A stretch of 64,000 nucleotides of DNA from positions 23,665 through 87,664 of the forward strand of contig CAVAPB010000002.1 of assembly GCA_963590415.1 (NCBI GenBank), given 5' to 3'. The notes beneath the pieces are model-generated. The model worked only from the letters and a program-made list of their open reading frames with translations. It was not told the DNA's origin and searched no databases. Positions 38,807 to 46,823 of the stretch are shown here, in pieces. Each line of letters begins with the position of its first letter. The first letter of the stretch is position 1. The stretch is from Anaerovoracaceae bacterium (lineage in GTDB: Bacteria > Bacillota > Clostridia > Oscillospirales > Acutalibacteraceae). The position numbers were made by a program, and so were the translations under genes.

Positions 38807-39820
38807 TCACAGAATATTGTTATTTGACATATTCATAATGATTTGTGCCATTTCTGCTCTGTTGGCGTTGCCTACGGGATTTAATTTGCCGTTGCCGCCG
38901 ACAACATGGTTTTCCGCTGCCCATGCAACTGCGGTTCTTGCCCAATCGCTGACTGCACTGCCGTCGGGATAGCCTGCAAGCACTGTGTTGACATCGCCCG
39001 AAACAGAACCGTGGCAGTAATTATAGAAAATTAAGCAAGCCTGTTCTCTCGTTATCGGATCGCCTACGCCGAAGCGACCGTCTGCATAGCCCGAAAGGAT
39101 TTTGTTATCCTTTGCCCAAGCTATCGCAGCGGAATAATAATCATTCATCGGTACATCAGCAAAGTCGCCGTTCTGACCCTTATATGCCGAAAGGTCTGCG
39201 TTTGCAATTTTAGCAAGTACAACCACGAAATCCTGTCTCTGAATGTTGTCGGCAGGTCCGAAATAACCGTTGGCATAGCCCTTAAAATAGCCTTTTTCGA
39301 CATTGAAAGCAACCGCAGCACTGTACCACTCCTTCAGCGGAACATCGGGGAACAGTCTTCTTTCAATTGTAAAAGTAGAAGAAATGTCTTCATTGTTCGG
39401 GCCTATAACATTATCACTGTAAAATTCTAATGTAAAGTCATCGGCATCGTTTGTCAAGACTGTAAATTTAACAGTAAAAACTACTTTATTGTAAAAGTCT
39501 GTGTCATTTGCGCTTACCCAAGAAAACTTAACTGCGCCTTTCTGAGCGGTCGATACCAAGCTCAAGCCGTCCATACAATCGGCAGCTTCAACGGTATATG
39601 CATCAGAATCATATCTCAAGACAATACCGAGTCCTGAAATTTGGCTTGCGTTTACAACGACACGAGCCGTAGCCGTATCGCCCGCATTGTAACCGGTTTT
39701 ATCAGTTACCAAAGCCAATACATTATTTGAATTATCAGCCGCAAATGAGTTGAAGCTCATAGCAAACAAAGATGTAAAAATCATCAATGCAGCCAAAAAC
39801 AAAGATAAAGTCTTTTTCAT
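38807..39820 (-). CDS. Secreted cohesin-like domain protein with three C-terminal SLH repeats (cell-surface anchor)
   Basis: Signal peptide MKKTLSLFLAALMIFTSLFAMSFNSFA. A ~120-aa cohesin-like beta-sandwich follows (AGDTATARVVVNASQISGLGIVLRYDSDAYTV). Then come three SLH repeats (FPDVPLKEWYSAAVAF, FADVPMNDYYSAAIAWA, YPDGSAVSDWARTAVAWA). Confidence 0.7.
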   Translation of the reverse strand: MKKTLSLFLAALMIFTSLFAMSFNSFAADNSNNVLALVTDKTGYNAGDTATARVVVNASQISGLGIVLRYDSDAYTVEAADCMDGLSLVSTAQKGAVKFSWVSANDTDFYNKVVFTVKFTVLTNDADDFTLEFYSDNVIGPNNEDISSTFTIERRLFPDVPLKEWYSAAVAFNVEKGYFKGYANGYFGPADNIQRQDFVVVLAKIANADLSAYKGQNGDFADVPMNDYYSAAIAWAKDNKILSGYADGRFGVGDPITREQACLIFYNYCHGSVSGDVNTVLAGYPDGSAVSDWARTAVAWAAENHVVGGNGKLNPVGNANRAEMAQIIMNMSNNNIL

Positions 39821-39849
39821 TAAAACATCTCCTATGTCAATATAGATTG

Positions 39850-39878
39850 ATTATAACATTATTCTTAAATGTTCGCAA
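39850..39878 (-). promoter_or_regulatory. SigmaA-type promoter of the cohesin-like/SLH gene
   Basis: On the minus strand, TTGCGA-17 nt-TATAAT lies about 30 nt upstream of ATG 39820. Confidence 0.55.
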
Positions 39879-39887
39879 GTGTATTTA

Positions 39888-40307
39888 TCAGGTAAAATCA
39901 TACATCGGGCGTGTTTCCCTGTCGCGGTACTCATGCTTTTCATAATATCCGATAAGCTTTGAGTCATCGTCCCTCAACGCAACCATATAAACATCCTTGT
40001 TTTCTTTCGGATTGAAAGAAGTATATATAATGTTGTTGTCGGCGCTTTTTGCAAACCACTCGATTACCCTGTTTATCATTTCGCAGGACTTGGGATTATG
40101 ACAGTTGAGCAAACTTTTACCCACCAAATCATATCCGCCGTATTTTGAGTATCTCTTTGCGGCAATCGGATTCATATAGATGATTGTGTGTTCCAAATCA
40201 CAAATTACGACCGATGCGGTATCCTGCTCGATTACGCTTTTGAAAAATGCGGAAAGTTCCGTAAAATCACAACCTTTAGCAATATAAATTCTTAAATAAG
40301 ATACCAT
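39888..40307 (-). CDS. Stand-alone PAS domain protein
   Basis: 139 aa. VVICDLEHTIIYMNPIAAKRYSKYGGYDLVGKSLLNCH fits the PAS core, and there is no output domain. Confidence 0.6.
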   Translation of the reverse strand: MVSYLRIYIAKGCDFTELSAFFKSVIEQDTASVVICDLEHTIIYMNPIAAKRYSKYGGYDLVGKSLLNCHNPKSCEMINRVIEWFAKSADNNIIYTSFNPKENKDVYMVALRDDDSKLIGYYEKHEYRDRETRPMYDFT

Positions 40308-40370
40308 AAAACGGCTGATTTGTAAAGCGTTTTAAGGGTGTTGTCAGTAGGCAAAAAGCATAAAAATAAA

Positions 40371-41066
40371 TTATGGATTGCAGACAGAACAAGGGTTCCA
40401 ACCTTTCTTTTCTGCTTCTGCTATAGTCATTTGTGCGCCATTAGCATATCTGCAACTACCATTGTGGTAATGGTTACCTGTCCTTGACCCATAAACGATT
40501 TTTTGTGTGCGTAAAGTTGTGGTCTCTGTAACTTGTTCAGTTTTCCGCTCTGTCGTATATTCCTTTGTTGTTACTTCGAATGTTGTAGAATATACATCAT
40601 TTGTAGTTGTTTCCATATTTTTATCAGTGAAATTAACAGTGCTGATTTCACTTGTCGTTTCAGATAAAACAGTTGTTGTTAAAATATCCGGACTAGTTTT
40701 TTCTTTTATTGAACCAACAGTAATAGTTATAATCGAAAATATGATAAATGCGCTGATACATATCCAAAATAATGTTTTGTTTCTTTTATCGATTACTTCC
40801 GCATATTCCTTTTCAAGAGTATTAAGTTCTTTTTCAAGTTCTGAAATCTTTTCCTTGATAGATTTCTTTTTATCTTTTACCTCATCATTAAAGTTTGCTT
40901 TGTTTTTTATATCATACCATTTGAAATTTGTTTTACTTTTCTCAGACTTTATCTCATCAACTTGATTTTTGCATTCTTGAATTTCTTGTTTTTTAGTCAA
41001 AATATCTGTTTTTACTGTTTTAATTTTATTTTGCGTTTCTCTAAAAGATATTATTGGATTTTTCAT
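40371..41066 (-). CDS. Hypothetical: N-terminal coiled coil, one TM helix, Thr-rich linker, C-terminal H/Cys motif domain
   Basis: ATG 41066 follows a GAGGTG SD (the ORF opens at TTG 41078). Features are a K/E-rich heptad-like region, the TM helix LFWICISAFIIFSIITITVG, a T/E-rich segment, and a terminal HYHNGSCRYANGAQMTIAEAEKKGWNPCSVCNP. The DNA is very AT-rich. Confidence 0.6.
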   Translation of the reverse strand: MKNPIISFRETQNKIKTVKTDILTKKQEIQECKNQVDEIKSEKSKTNFKWYDIKNKANFNDEVKDKKKSIKEKISELEKELNTLEKEYAEVIDKRNKTLFWICISAFIIFSIITITVGSIKEKTSPDILTTTVLSETTSEISTVNFTDKNMETTTNDVYSTTFEVTTKEYTTERKTEQVTETTTLRTQKIVYGSRTGNHYHNGSCRYANGAQMTIAEAEKKGWNPCSVCNP

Positions 41067-41207
41067 TTTACACCTCAAAACTTATCATTATAAGTGATTT
41101 TAACATAAAAAGCGTATCAAATCAAACAAAAATCAATCTATCGCAAAGACAGAATATATATTGTTTAGCGAGTAATATATAAAATTCCGTCATTTTCAAA
41201 AAAACTG

Positions 41208-41236
41208 TTGACATTTAATGATGTTTGTAGTATTAT
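41208..41236 (+). promoter_or_regulatory. SigmaA-type promoter of tRNA-fMet
   Basis: TTGACA-17 nt-TATTAT ends 27 nt upstream of the tRNA 5' end. Confidence 0.6.
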
Positions 41237-41263
41237 ATTTGAGCACTTGAGAAAAGTAAATAT

Positions 41264-41340
<77 letters not shown>

Positions 41341-41343
41341 CCA

Positions 41344-41369
41344 AGCCGTACAAATTGTGCGGCTTTTTT
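41344..41369 (+). terminator. Intrinsic terminator after tRNA-fMet
   Basis: AGCCGTAC-aaatt-GTGCGGCT followed by TTTTT. Confidence 0.75.
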
Positions 41370-41416
41370 CTTTACCGTAAATTTTATTTATGCTATACTT
41401 CATCAGAGGCGAAAAT

Positions 41417-41926
41417 ATGAGTAATAAAATGACAAAAGACACCGTGCCGCAGGATTTCAGTTTGGGGCTTGCTTTGGTTGACGCCGTCCCCGTACTTTTC
41501 TTCGGCGCAACGGCGATTGTTGCGGGAACGATCCTTGAAAGTCCACTGTTTGTTCTCGGAGCGGTTATATCGTTTATATCGGGTGCCGTAAAAGTACTTT
41601 GGAAAATCATTGCGGCTCTTAATAAGAAAAATATATGGTGGATGTTTGTGCAAATGCGAATTGCAATGCCGATAGGCTTGCTCGTTTTAATCGCAGGCTT
41701 TGTCTCGGCAATAAAGCATACGGATTTTTCGTTGCTTCTTCATACAGCCTTTTCCCTGCCGTACATTGTTTTCTTTGCTTTGGGCTTGCTCGGAATGATT
41801 TTGATGAGCGTGTTTGCTTTCACTCTCGACGGCAGCAAATCAAAGTCAAATTGGATAGAGCAAATTACAAACGGCATATCGCAGGCAATGTTTTTCATAG
41901 GCGTATTACTTATTAAGCTTAAATAA
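41417..41926 (+). CDS. Hypothetical integral membrane protein
   Basis: About 169 aa with 4-5 hydrophobic helices and no motif I recognise. The ORF opens at 41390, but ATG 41417 has an AGAGG SD. Confidence 0.5.
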   Translation: MSNKMTKDTVPQDFSLGLALVDAVPVLFFGATAIVAGTILESPLFVLGAVISFISGAVKVLWKIIAALNKKNIWWMFVQMRIAMPIGLLVLIAGFVSAIKHTDFSLLLHTAFSLPYIVFFALGLLGMILMSVFAFTLDGSKSKSNWIEQITNGISQAMFFIGVLLIKLK

Positions 41927-41931
41927 AATTT

Positions 41932-41962
41932 CAGGGCAATCCGTTCGGACTGCCCTTTTTTT
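41932..41962. terminator. Bidirectional intrinsic terminator
   Basis: AGGGCAATCCG-tt-CGGACTGCCCT followed by TTTTTTT, between convergent genes. Confidence 0.65.
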
Positions 41963-41965
41963 ATA

Positions 41966-42742
41966 TCATTTAATGAAGTTAAACGCCATTACGGCTAAGC
42001 CGAGAATAACAAGTATCACGCCCGTTGCACGGTTGAGCGTTTTAGGTGAAGCTTTGTTTGCAAACACCGCCGCAATTCTTGCCCAAATAAGCGTAAATAC
42101 AACACAGAGAATAAACACCGTCCAATCGGGTGCGCCGCCTATCGAGAAATGCGAAACAGCGCCCGTCAGAGCGGTAAAGGTCATTATAAATACGCTTGTT
42201 CCGACAGCTGTTTTAAGCTCATAACCGAGAACGGTTGTCAAAATCAAAAGCATCATCATTCCGCCGCCCGCTCCGACAAAGCCGCATATAAAGCCTATGA
42301 GCATGCCGCAGACAACGGACTGTATCGCACGCTTTTTCTTTGATACGCCGAGCATAGCCTCCTTGGTTGTCATTACGGGCTTTACAATAAACTTAATTCC
42401 GAGCAAGAATGTCATAAACACGGAAAATCCGCCCATTGTGGCTGACGGAACAAGGCTTGCGACATAACTGCCCACAACCGTGAACGCAAGGACGGTAAAC
42501 ATCATAATCAAGCCGTTGCGGATGTCAAGATTCTTGTGCTTGCCGTAGGTGTATGCCGAAACGGCACTTGCAAGTACATCGGATGAAAGCGCAATACCGA
42601 CCGCCATATACGGGTCCATACCCAAAAAGGTAATCAGCATCGGGCTTATTACCGCCGCCGCACTCATTCCGGCAAATCCCGTACCGAGACCTGCGCCCAT
42701 TCCCGCAAAAAATGTTACCAAAACGGTTATCAATATATTCAT
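41966..42742 (-). CDS. TauE/SafE family sulfite/anion exporter-like permease
   Basis: 258 aa with 7-8 TM helices and Gly-rich helices (GAGLGTGFAG, GFVGAGGGMMM) typical of TauE. Confidence 0.85.
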   Translation of the reverse strand: MNILITVLVTFFAGMGAGLGTGFAGMSAAAVISPMLITFLGMDPYMAVGIALSSDVLASAVSAYTYGKHKNLDIRNGLIMMFTVLAFTVVGSYVASLVPSATMGGFSVFMTFLLGIKFIVKPVMTTKEAMLGVSKKKRAIQSVVCGMLIGFICGFVGAGGGMMMLLILTTVLGYELKTAVGTSVFIMTFTALTGAVSHFSIGGAPDWTVFILCVVFTLIWARIAAVFANKASPKTLNRATGVILVILGLAVMAFNFIK

Positions 42743-43173
42743 TACAATTTCTCCGTTATTGCGTCAAGATTTTCATTCATAATGTCCGTTACCGTAAAGA
42801 ACATGTCACGCATTTCACTGTCAACACCCGTAAAAAGCGCTTCAAGAAAATCAGCCTGCATTTCTCTGCCTTTTTTGATAATCGGCTTTGACTTTTCGGT
42901 ACACAAAAGCTGTGTTTTTCTCCTGTCGCCCTCAACCGCCTCACGGCGAAGATAGCCGTCCTTAACCAGCTTATCGACATTGACGGAAACCAAGTTAGCT
43001 TTAATTTTTCTGTATTCCACAATCTCCCCCGCCGTCCTGTATTCGGGGTTGTTGGCAAGGAACATAAGAATATCAAAAGCCGTCTGCGGCAGCCTCAGCT
43101 CACGGCATAAGGGCTTGCACATAGCTGCGTATGCCGTAACAAGCTTGCGGGAAAACTCCAAACTCGGATTCAT
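42742..43173 (-). CDS. MarR family transcriptional regulator
   Basis: 143 aa with a winged HTH (TAFDILMFLANNPEYRTAGEIVEYRKIKANLVSVNVDKLVKDGYLRRE). Its stop overlaps the tauE start. Confidence 0.85.
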   Translation of the reverse strand: MNPSLEFSRKLVTAYAAMCKPLCRELRLPQTAFDILMFLANNPEYRTAGEIVEYRKIKANLVSVNVDKLVKDGYLRREAVEGDRRKTQLLCTEKSKPIIKKGREMQADFLEALFTGVDSEMRDMFFTVTDIMNENLDAITEKL

Positions 43174-43190
43174 TATTCAGCCTCCGTTAG

Positions 43191-43249
43191 TTCAAATTTA
43201 TATATTTCAAATTTGAAGTGATTATAATCTTTAATTTCACAAATGTCAA
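43191..43249 (-). promoter_or_regulatory. marR promoter with candidate palindromic operator
   Basis: On the minus strand, TTGACA (43249..43244)-17 nt-TATAAT (43226..43221). Downstream is the perfect palindrome TTCAAATTTGAA (43206..43217) plus a second TTCAAATTT copy at 43191..43199. Confidence 0.5.
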
Positions 43250-43296
43250 CAAAAAATGAGCCGACATAAGCCGACTCATTCGTATTTAACATTATT

Positions 43297-43671
43297 TTAT
43301 GCTTTCCAAAGACCGTGAAGGTTGCAGTAAGCATAAACCGCCTCAACCTCGTCGCCGTCGGAAAGAGCAAAGGTTACGCTCGGAGCATCGTCGGGCTTTA
43401 ACTGCTTGCGCTGATTGCCGAACTTTGTCTGAAGCGATACCCATTCGATATAGTGCTCGGCAAGCATCGGATGGTCGATTTCGCCGACATTTACGCTGAC
43501 TGTTCCATTCTCAACGCTGTATACGGGAACATGCTTTTCGCGGGCAGCGTCGGTTGTACCGGGTATGAGCTCCTGCATTTCCTCGCCGCAGCAGGAAACA
43601 CGAACGCCGCTGTCCTTAACATATGCTATTATATTTCCGCAATGCTTGCAGATGAAAAATTGCTGTTTCAT
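43297..43671 (-). CDS. dfx: Desulfoferrodoxin (2Fe superoxide reductase)
   Basis: N-terminal desulforedoxin motif CKHCGN...CCG and C-terminal SOR centre residues (EKHVP, HPM, CNLHGLW). Confidence 0.9.
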   Translation of the reverse strand: MKQQFFICKHCGNIIAYVKDSGVRVSCCGEEMQELIPGTTDAAREKHVPVYSVENGTVSVNVGEIDHPMLAEHYIEWVSLQTKFGNQRKQLKPDDAPSVTFALSDGDEVEAVYAYCNLHGLWKA

Positions 43672-43756
43672 AAATTATCTCTCCTTAAAAATATTTGCAG
43701 GTTTATTATACTTTACGGATAAATCATATGTCAACAAGTCAAAGCTTACAGAATTG

Positions 43757-44317
43757 TTAATTTTTTTCGAGTCTTGACAAAATTTGTCCCTCCGTGCTTT
43801 TAAGCCTTGACTGAACAGCTTTACAATCAGGCATTACAGAACCGACAAGCGCCCAAAACCGCTTTGAATGGTTCATTTCTTTTATGTGGCAAAGCTCGTG
43901 GATTACAACATAGTCAATTATTTCCGTGTCAGTCAGCATCAAAAGGCAGTTGAAATTGAGGTTGCCTTTTGAGGAACAGCTCCCCCACCTTGTACGTTGT
44001 GCTCTTATCGTAACCGAGGAATATTTAACTCCTATTATATCCGCCCAATACTCAACCCGTACGGGAATATATTGCCTTGCTTTAATTTTAAGAGCAGTTA
44101 TATCTTCATCGGAAAGCGGTGAAAAAGCTGAATATTCTTGCCTCGCCCTTTCATTTTCGGCAAGATGCTTTTCAAGCCAAGCCTTGTGTCCAAGGACAAA
44201 GCTCTCTATCTGTTCTCCGCCTGCGTAAAACGGAGCTCTGACTACAACGCTGCCGTCATGCTTTATTTCAAGAGAAAAAGTTTTTCGTTTTGATTTTATG
44301 ACCTTTATATTTTCCAT
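43757..44317 (-). CDS. YgjP/DUF45 (SprT-like, M48-type) metal-dependent hydrolase
   Basis: HELCHIKEMNHSKRFW zinc motif and RTRWGSCS. Confidence 0.8.
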   Translation of the reverse strand: MENIKVIKSKRKTFSLEIKHDGSVVVRAPFYAGGEQIESFVLGHKAWLEKHLAENERARQEYSAFSPLSDEDITALKIKARQYIPVRVEYWADIIGVKYSSVTIRAQRTRWGSCSSKGNLNFNCLLMLTDTEIIDYVVIHELCHIKEMNHSKRFWALVGSVMPDCKAVQSRLKSTEGQILSRLEKN

Positions 44318-44405
44318 TTTTTACCTTTCAAAGAAAAAATTCACTTGCTAAAAATCAATTTTATCATAAAGCCGGCTAAAAAACATAAAAATTTTCAAAA
44401 AAGTG

Positions 44406-44464
44406 TTGTATTTATTTTTGAAAATGCTATAATTATATATGTGAGATTGTTAAATAATTATCAA
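44406..44464 (+). promoter_or_regulatory. adh promoter plus candidate Rex operator
   Basis: TTGTAT (44406)-16 nt-TATAAT (44428..44433, preceded by TGC). TTGTTAAATAATTATCAA at 44447..44464 has one mismatch to the clostridial Rex consensus TTGTTAANNNNTTAACAA. Confidence 0.5.
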
Positions 44465-44530
44465 TCCCGTTGTGTTTAATTTTCGAAAGCAATTTGCTTT
44501 AGCATTTAATATATTTTAGGAGGCAAAAAC

Positions 44531-45754
44531 ATGGCAAGATTTACTCTTCCCAGAGATCTTTATCACGGTAAAGGCTCACTTGAGGCTCTTAAAGACTTTA
44601 AGGGCAAAAAGGCTATTGTTTGTGTAGGTGGCGGTTCAATGAAGCGTTTCGGCTTCCTTGATAAAGCTGTATCTTACCTCGAAGAAGCAGGTATGGAGGT
44701 TAAAATTTTCGACGGTATAGAGTCTGATCCCTCTGTCGAAACGGTTATGCGCGGCGCACAGGCAATGATTGATTTCCAGCCCGACTGGATTGTCGCTATC
44801 GGCGGCGGTTCTCCTATTGACGCCGCAAAAGCAATGTGGATAAAATACGAATATCCTGACTGCACATTTGAAGATATGTGCAAGGTATTCGGACTCCCCG
44901 AGCTTCGTAAAAAAGCGCACTTCTGCGCTGTATCCTCAACATCCGGCACAGCTACCGAGGTTACAGCTTTTTCAATTATTACAGATTACTCAAAGGGAAT
45001 CAAGTACCCTATAGCAGATTTTGAAATTACACCTGATGTTGCTATCGTTGACCCGGAGCTTGCAGAGACAATGCCCAAAAAGCTTGTTGCTCACACCGGT
45101 ATGGACGCAATGACGCACGCTATCGAGGCTTATGTTTCAACTGCAAACTGCGATTATACCGATCCGCTTGCAATACACGCAATAAAAATGATTATGAAGG
45201 ATCTTATCCCATCATACAACGGCGATATGGATGCCCGTGACCGTATGCACAACGCTCAGTGCCTTGCAGGTATGGCATTCTCGAATGCACTTCTCGGTAT
45301 TGTTCACTCAATGGCTCACAAAACCGGTGCGGCATTTGCCGATTACGGCGCACATATTATTCACGGCGCCGCAAACGCTATGTACCTACCCAAGGTTATC
45401 GCATTCAACGCAAAGGATGAAACGGCAAAAAAGCGTTACGGTGTAATCGTTGACTATATGGGTATCTGCGATAAGTCGGCTTCCGACGACGAAAAGGTTG
45501 CGGCTTTGATTGCATATCTTCGCAATATGAACGACGAGCTTAACATTCCCCACTGCATTAAGAACTACGGTGCAGACAGCTATCCTACGGAAAACGGCTT
45601 TGTTCCCGAGAATGTATTCCTCGAAAGACTTCACGACATTGCTGTCAATGCTATCGCAGACGCTTGCACAGGTTCTAACCCCCGTCAGCCCTCCGTTGAA
45701 GAAATGGAAAAGCTTCTCAAATGTTGCTATTACGACACGGAAGTTGATTTCTGA
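44531..45754 (+). CDS. Iron-containing (group III) alcohol dehydrogenase
   Basis: 407 aa with GGGSPIDAAK, VSSTSGTATE and THAIEAY/HSMAH metal-site motifs. Confidence 0.9.
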   Translation: MARFTLPRDLYHGKGSLEALKDFKGKKAIVCVGGGSMKRFGFLDKAVSYLEEAGMEVKIFDGIESDPSVETVMRGAQAMIDFQPDWIVAIGGGSPIDAAKAMWIKYEYPDCTFEDMCKVFGLPELRKKAHFCAVSSTSGTATEVTAFSIITDYSKGIKYPIADFEITPDVAIVDPELAETMPKKLVAHTGMDAMTHAIEAYVSTANCDYTDPLAIHAIKMIMKDLIPSYNGDMDARDRMHNAQCLAGMAFSNALLGIVHSMAHKTGAAFADYGAHIIHGAANAMYLPKVIAFNAKDETAKKRYGVIVDYMGICDKSASDDEKVAALIAYLRNMNDELNIPHCIKNYGADSYPTENGFVPENVFLERLHDIAVNAIADACTGSNPRQPSVEEMEKLLKCCYYDTEVDF

Positions 45755-45768
45755 TAAGCTATCTGACC

Positions 45769-45800
45769 GAATCGGCTGTTTACGCAGCCGATTCTTTTTT
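45769..45800 (+). terminator. Intrinsic terminator after adh
   Basis: GAATCGGCTG-tttacg-CAGCCGATTC followed by TTTTTT. Confidence 0.8.
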
Positions 45801-45811
45801 GAGGCGCATAT

Positions 45812-46372
45812 ATGGATAATAAAAAAGATAAAAACGGCTTGACAGAGGAAGCATTCCTCGAAGCGTACAAGAAAAAGAATTATCCCCGACCGTATCTCAC
45901 CGCCGATATTATAGTTATCGGAATTATCGGAGATAAGAAAAAGCTCCTTTTAATTCAGCGAGGCGGTCATCCGTATATAAATATGTGGGCGCTGCCGGGC
46001 GGTTTTTCACGGCAGACGGAAACTATGGAGCAGACCGCTCACAGGGAGTTGCTTGAGGAAACGGGCGTCAATTCGGATTGTATCTCCCCTGTCGGACTTT
46101 TCAGCAGACCCGGGCGGGACCCGAGAGGCTGGGTTGTAACTCAGGCATATCTCGCAAAGGTCGATTTTACAAAATGCAAGCCTCTTGCGGGCGATGATGC
46201 AAAAAACGCCCAATGGTTTGACATTTCCCGTGATAACGATACAATTACGCTGACCAACGGCAAAACGCAAATATCTTTCAGGCACAAAGAGACAGGAATT
46301 GAATATTTAAGCGCCGAAAGGCTCGCTTTTGACCATGCGGAGATAATCGCAAAAGCCCTTAAAACGCTGTAA
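45812..46372 (+). CDS. NUDIX hydrolase
   Basis: Nudix box GGFSRQTETMEQTAHRELLEETG. Confidence 0.8.
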   Translation: MDNKKDKNGLTEEAFLEAYKKKNYPRPYLTADIIVIGIIGDKKKLLLIQRGGHPYINMWALPGGFSRQTETMEQTAHRELLEETGVNSDCISPVGLFSRPGRDPRGWVVTQAYLAKVDFTKCKPLAGDDAKNAQWFDISRDNDTITLTNGKTQISFRHKETGIEYLSAERLAFDHAEIIAKALKTL

Positions 46373-46385
46373 AGCATAATATTTT

Positions 46386-46424
46386 TACCGACATATTCCG
46401 GTGCGGATATGTCGGTATTTTTTT
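46386..46424 (+). terminator. Intrinsic terminator after the NUDIX gene
   Basis: TACCGACATAT-10 nt-ATATGTCGGTA followed by TTTTTTT. Confidence 0.8.
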
Positions 46425-46437
46425 ATCAAAAAAAGTG

Positions 46438-46466
46438 TTGACAAATACCCCCACAGGGTATATTAT
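46438..46466 (+). promoter_or_regulatory. csoR-copA promoter with embedded CsoR-type operator
   Basis: TTGACA-17 nt-TATTAT. The spacer contains the inverted repeat ATACCC-CCACA-GGGTAT (46445..46461). Confidence 0.65.
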
Positions 46467-46498
46467 AAATGCGTAAAACAAAGAAAAGGAGAAATAAT

Positions 46499-46807
46499 AT
46501 GCCTTGTGATAAAAAATGCTGCTGTTGTGAAAAAAACACACAGCGTACGGACGAAGAAAAGAAAAAGCTTATAAACAGGCTCAACAGAATCGAGGGCCAA
46601 GTCAGAGGAATAAAGGGTATGATTGAAAAGGACGCTTACTGCGCAGATGTGCTTGTCCAGTCGGCGGCGGTAAACGCGGCAATAAACTCATTTAATAAAG
46701 ATTTGCTTTCAAGGCACATTCATTCCTGCGTTGTCAGAGATATTAAAAACGGCGACGAGGAAGTTGTTGACGAGCTTATGAACATCTTATCAAAGCTGAT
46801 GAAATAA
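46499..46807 (+). CDS. csoR: CsoR family copper-sensing repressor
   Basis: [31 protein letters not shown]...H..C ligand pattern, with an N-terminal Cys-rich tail [15 protein letters not shown] 46499 follows an AAGGAG SD (the ORF opens at 46469). Confidence 0.85.
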   Translation: MPCDKKCCCCEKNTQRTDEEKKKLINRLNRIEGQVRGIKGMIEKDAYCADVLVQSAAVNAAINSFNKDLLSRHIHSCVVRDIKNGDEEVVDELMNILSKLMK

Positions 46808-46823
46808 GAAAGTAGGAATAAAA

